Below, piece after piece: positions 16,557 through 20,000 of a stretch of DNA of 20,000 bases; positions within the stretch are counted from its first letter, which is position 1, and every line of letters begins with the position of its first letter. The notes under the pieces were generated by a model. The model did not search any database, had not been told where the DNA came from, and worked only from the letters and a program-made list of their open reading frames with translations. The position numbers and the translations under genes are program-made. The stretch is taken from the IMG/VR virus record IMGVR_UViG_2700989551_000001; one strand, written 5' to 3'. The stretch is from an uncultured virus (IMG/VR IMGVR_UViG_2700989551_000001). Lineage: Duplodnaviria; Heunggongvirae; Uroviricota; Caudoviricetes.

Positions 16557-17783
16557 TCAGAAGAGCGGGAGGCTTGCGGGGCGTTCGAGCCGGTCGGCCG
16601 TGAGCGGCAGGTACGTGGGGTCGAGCTCCGTGGCCGCGCACCGCAGGCCTTCCCGCCGGCATGCGTCCAGTGTGGTGCCGGAGCCGGCGAACGGGTCGAG
16701 GACGAGGCCGTGGGGCGGGCATGCGAGGCGGGCGAGCCATCGGGTCAGGTCCAGGGGTTTGACGGTCGGGTGGGCGAGCCGTCTTTCGCCCGCCGGCACG
16801 GTCAGGGCGAGCGCCGCCGTGTCGAGCAGGCACGCGGGGTACGCGTCCGCCCCGGATTCGAGTCCCAGGCGCGCGCAGCACGCCTTCCACGCCTTGTCCC
16901 GTGTCCGGGGGCGGACGATGCGTTCCAGGACGCGCACGGGCCTGTCCTGCGCTTTCGGGCAGTAGTAGAAGCGCGGCGCGTCCGCGGGCAGGAGCCGGGC
17001 CATGGCCTTGTCCATGAGGACGTTCGACGGGTGGCGGCCCGGTATGCGCGGCCCCATGGGCCTGGGCGTGTCCGAATCGCGGAACGTGTCGCCGCCGCGC
17101 GGCGCGTCCGGACGCCCCCCGGCGGTCGCGTTGAGCCGGTAGCGGCGCCCCAGCTCCCCCATGTCCGCGTCCAGGGCGCAGGCGGCCACGTTCAGGGCGC
17201 CCGTCCCGTGGTCCATGAGGTTGCGGCCGAGCATGGACTCGCGGGGGCGCTGGGCGACGAGGATCGGCTCCCATGCGGGTTTGAGCGCCGGGTTGAACCC
17301 GCGCCAGGGCCGCGCCTCGCGGGTCTTCGCCTCGTAGCGTTCCGTGTAGGCGACGTTGCGTTCCAGGGACGCGGAGTCGCGTATGACGCCGGTCCGGTCG
17401 TCCTTCACGCCGAGCGCCCGGTCGACCGCATGGTCGCCCCATTCGCCCTTCGGCATGCCGGACGCGTACAGCCAGCAGAACTGGTCGCGGATCAGCCAGC
17501 CCGCGTCCTCCATGGCGCAGGCGAGCCGGTGCCAGGTGCGGGGCGAGCCGAACACGAGGGCGAACGCGCCGGGGCGGACCATGCCGAGCATGGCCGTCCA
17601 GAATTCCGGGTCGAAGGCGATGCCGGTGGAGTCCCAGCGTTTCACCTCGCCCGCGGTGCCCAGGCCGAGCTCGTAGGGCGGGTCGGTGACGATCGCGTCC
17701 GCGGGCGCGTCGAGGAGGCCGGGCAGGCGTCTCGCGTCCGCGTTGTACAGGGTCAGGCCGTCATGGTCGATGAATGGTCTCAT
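16557..17783 (-). CDS. Beta-class N6-adenine/N4-cytosine DNA methyltransferase (orphan, phage type)
   Basis: IVTDPPY precedes HPTVKP and [11 protein letters not shown]. Start MRPFIDH at 17783; the longer predicted N-terminus reads through the repeat array. Confidence 0.92.
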   Translation of the reverse strand: MRPFIDHDGLTLYNADARRLPGLLDAPADAIVTDPPYELGLGTAGEVKRWDSTGIAFDPEFWTAMLGMVRPGAFALVFGSPRTWHRLACAMEDAGWLIRDQFCWLYASGMPKGEWGDHAVDRALGVKDDRTGVIRDSASLERNVAYTERYEAKTREARPWRGFNPALKPAWEPILVAQRPRESMLGRNLMDHGTGALNVAACALDADMGELGRRYRLNATAGGRPDAPRGGDTFRDSDTPRPMGPRIPGRHPSNVLMDKAMARLLPADAPRFYYCPKAQDRPVRVLERIVRPRTRDKAWKACCARLGLESGADAYPACLLDTAALALTVPAGERRLAHPTVKPLDLTRWLARLACPPHGLVLDPFAGSGTTLDACRREGLRCAATELDPTYLPLTADRLERPASLPLF

Positions 17784-17823
17784 GGGCCCCGTGTATGCGT
17801 CCGCCGGGGCGGGCGTCGGGCCC

Positions 17824-18120
17824 GTATGCATTCCGGGCGGGCTGTATGCATCCGTATGCATCAGGGGATGCATACATCTTTTCTTTCCGATTCGGCTTGT
17901 TTCCGACGTTCCGGGGATGGTCCGGAGGCGTGTATGCATTGTATGCATCATTCCCTTATAGGGGATTCGGGAAAAAGGAAGGAAACCCCATATATTGATG
18001 CATACAATGCATACAAGAGAAAGGAATTATATTTTTTCCTTTATTTATAAGGGTTTTCGGGCTTTTTCCAAGCCTTTTCTGTATGCATCCCCGGATGCAT
18101 ACAGATGCATACACGCATAC
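17824..18120. repeat. Iteron-like array of ATGCATAC in nested inverted repeats around an AT-rich core; candidate replication origin
   Basis: 11 ATGCATAC/GTATGCAT copies. 34-bp IR at 17843-17876 / 18080-18113 (2 mismatches) and a perfect 20-bp IR at 17931-17950 / 17996-18015. Confidence 0.85.
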
Positions 18121-18136
18121 AAAACGGGCCGGAAAA

Positions 18137-18187
18137 CTTTACAATATTGTAAAGGTCGGAGGTGAGGCTTTACAATATTGTAAAGCC
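18137..18187. promoter_or_regulatory. Two copies of the perfect palindrome CTTTACAATATTGTAAAG (operator- or parS-like)
   Basis: 18137-18154 and 18168-18185, 31-bp period, upstream of an XRE gene. Confidence 0.75.
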
Positions 18188-18238
18188 CCCGGCGTCGCGA
18201 AGCCCCGGGGAGCCCGGCGAAACGGATCGGAGGATCGC

Positions 18239-18790
18239 ATGGAAGACGGGAACGTGAAGGCGACGCTCGACATGCTCGCCGGACTGGGACTGGACGTGCG
18301 CGTGATGCGCGAGACGCCGTTCCTCGCCGTCGTGGAGAACCCCGCCATCCCCTCTCGCAGGGTCGCCGTCGCCGTCCCGGACGGGGACGGGCCCGCCCGG
18401 GCCGCCATGTTCGAAACCGACCCGCGCACCGGCCGCAACCGGCCGCACGGGGATTCCGCGGCCGTCCCCCGCGACGACCCGTGGCCGACGGTCGCCGGCA
18501 TGTGCCGGACATGGCTGGCCGGGCTCGGCGCGCTCGGGGACGCCGCCGGGCTCACCCGGGCCGAACTCGCCCGCAGGACGGGCGTCGCGGCCACCAGGAT
18601 CAGCGAATACGCCCGGCCGCGCCCCGGGCGCGCGGATCCCGCCAACATGACGCTGCGCACCGCCCGCGCACTGGCTCGCGCGCTCGGCGTCACCATCGAC
18701 GCCCTGTACGACACCATGGCGATGCGCATCCCGGAAAACGGGCCGACGGCCCGACAGGCGGGAACATCCGATCCGGCCCGCCGGGCATGA
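18239..18790 (+). CDS. XRE-family HTH regulator with an extra N-terminal domain
   Basis: GGAGG SD then ATG 18239. GLTRAELARRTGVAATRISEY...ANMTLRTARALARALGVTIDAL. Confidence 0.85.
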   Translation: MEDGNVKATLDMLAGLGLDVRVMRETPFLAVVENPAIPSRRVAVAVPDGDGPARAAMFETDPRTGRNRPHGDSAAVPRDDPWPTVAGMCRTWLAGLGALGDAAGLTRAELARRTGVAATRISEYARPRPGRADPANMTLRTARALARALGVTIDALYDTMAMRIPENGPTARQAGTSDPARRA

Positions 18791-18823
18791 AAAAGGCCCG
18801 CACGGCACGTCGCCATGCGGGCC
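18790..18823 (-). terminator. Intrinsic terminator for the convergent minus-strand genes
   Basis: GGCCCGCA.GGC / GCC.TGCGGGCC stem followed by TTTTT on the minus strand. Confidence 0.75.
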
Positions 18824-18838
18824 CGGGATGCGCCCCGG

Positions 18839-19306
18839 CTAGGGGCGGACGAGCAGGAAACGGTACGGGAGCGGATCCGTCTCGCCGCGCATCCACACGC
18901 GCAGTAGCGGCCACCCCGCGGCCCGCGCCGCCGACGCCGCATCCGACAGGTCCGAGACGGCGTCGACGATCAGGTTCGCGATCCCGTCCGCGGACACGAA
19001 CGCGTCAGGCAGGCCAGGGATGCGCGCCGGCAGGCCGTCGCGCTCCATACGGTACAGCTCCCACACGTGCAGCACGCTCGCATCATACGGGTGCGCTTCC
19101 GGCCCCGCATGATCCGACCCGTCGCGCAGACGCCCGGCGGCCGCGAGGGCGGCCGCATGCGGCAGGATCGCGACGAGCCTGTCCGCACGCCTGTCGAACT
19201 CGCGGACCGTCATGCCGGACGGCATGTCACGGCTCGAATCCCACGCCACGTGCACGTTCAGGACCCCGTCGAACGTCTCGAACGGGGTCAGCTTCGAATC
19301 GGCTAT
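18839..19306 (-). CDS. Hypothetical protein; the SD-supported start is ATA at 19306 (first canonical start is GTG 19255)
   Basis: GAGGGGG-N6-ATA GCC GAT TCG AAG is in frame with ORF 18839..19255, just after the SSB gene stop. Confidence 0.6.
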   Translation of the reverse strand: MADSKLTPFETFDGVLNVHVAWDSSRDMPSGMTVREFDRRADRLVAILPHAAALAAAGRLRDGSDHAGPEAHPYDASVLHVWELYRMERDGLPARIPGLPDAFVSADGIANLIVDAVSDLSDAASAARAAGWPLLRVWMRGETDPLPYRFLLVRP

Positions 19307-19325
19307 GATACGCCCCCTCTTCCGG

Positions 19326-20000
19326 TCAGACGCCCATGCCCGCGAACGGGTCCGGGACGCCGGCCGCCGACGCGTCTGGCAGGCCGAACGCCGCCAGCGG
19401 GTCGGTTTCGCCGCCGATGCGCTCCCCGTCGCCCGTCTTGACGACCGCGTTCAGCATGGCGCCCACGCCCGAATTGTCCTGCCTGTACGGGTACAGCCAG
19501 ATGTTGGCGCGCACGATCGCGCCCGAATACAGTTCGTTGGCGGTCAGACGTCGACGGTTCTGGTCCACGACCCAGCCCGCGGCGACGAGGTCGTTCTTCG
19601 TGCCGGCCTTCAGGATCCAATGGCCCTCATACTCCTTGTACACGTCCTTCTTCAGCTTGCCCACGTTGTCGCCCCTGGTGAACACGGCCGTGTCCCCGTC
19701 CTCGACGGGCAGGCCCAGGCGCTTCACCCAATCCGCGTCGTCCATGCTGTGCCCGGCGAACGGCGCGTACGACTTGCCGTCCCTGCCGGGTTCGCCGTCG
19801 ATGCCGCGGCGGATCGCCTCCGTGCATTTGGCCTGCAGGTCGCGCATCATCTTCTGGGCGTCCGGATCCTTCTTGTCGAACAGGATGGACAGCGTGTACT
19901 TGCCGTTCTTCGGATCCGTGTCGAACAGGTGCGGGAAGTTCGCGATCCCGGGCACTGTCACGAGGTTCAGGCGTTCCGCCTGCTGGTTCTGGTCAGCCAT
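19326..20000 (-). CDS. Phage-type single-stranded DNA-binding protein (DUF2815, T7 gp2.5/Enc34-like)
   Basis: FPHLF, GKYTLSILFDK, LPVEDGD, ELYSGAIVRA, GVGAMLNAV.K..DGERIGG. Confidence 0.85.
   Translation of the reverse strand: MADQNQQAERLNLVTVPGIANFPHLFDTDPKNGKYTLSILFDKKDPDAQKMMRDLQAKCTEAIRRGIDGEPGRDGKSYAPFAGHSMDDADWVKRLGLPVEDGDTAVFTRGDNVGKLKKDVYKEYEGHWILKAGTKNDLVAAGWVVDQNRRRLTANELYSGAIVRANIWLYPYRQDNSGVGAMLNAVVKTGDGERIGGETDPLAAFGLPDASAAGVPDPFAGMGV

Noticed and set aside
10954..17783. Complete restriction-modification or BREX/DISARM defence system
   Set aside because: No endonuclease, helicase or ATPase motifs are recognisable in neighbouring ORFs, so the MTases look orphan.
17824..18187. 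Possible CRISPR array
   Set aside because: Repeats are 8-mers in mixed orientation plus only two palindromes with a 13-nt gap. There is no regular repeat-spacer period and no cas genes.
17784..18238. N-terminal extensions of the MTase (to 17951) and XRE (from 18083) ORFs
   Set aside because: They arise from ATGs within the ATGCAT repeats. Domain boundaries and SD or motif context support starts at 17783 and 18239.

Overview
High-GC actinobacterial mobile-element DNA, most like a Bifidobacterium-type megaplasmid, ICE or phage-plasmid (host assignment is inference). There are no rRNA, tRNA, CRISPR arrays or housekeeping operons. It encodes two paralogous XRE/HTH regulators, a divergent oligoribonuclease-like DEDDh nuclease, several membrane proteins, a frameshifted small membrane gene, a tandem pair of membrane-anchored surface proteins, and a 981-aa sortase-anchored adhesin with a probable thioester domain. 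It also encodes a DivIVA-like coiled-coil protein between two paralogous membrane proteins, a C5 DNA methyltransferase split over two genes with about 9 LPTP-type repeats, a beta-class N6/N4 methyltransferase and a phage-type DUF2815 SSB. The most striking non-coding signals are four. (i) The octamer ACGCATAC occurs at least 11 times, mostly 7-9 nt before start codons that often lack a Shine-Dalgarno, suggesting an element-specific leaderless promoter or regulon. (ii) A symmetric array of the near-identical octamer ATGCATAC forms nested inverted repeats around an AT-rich core at about 17.8-18.1 kb, a candidate replication origin. (iii) Twin 18-bp palindromes lie next to that array. (iv) An orphan IS200/IS605-like right end sits between the two methyltransferase halves.
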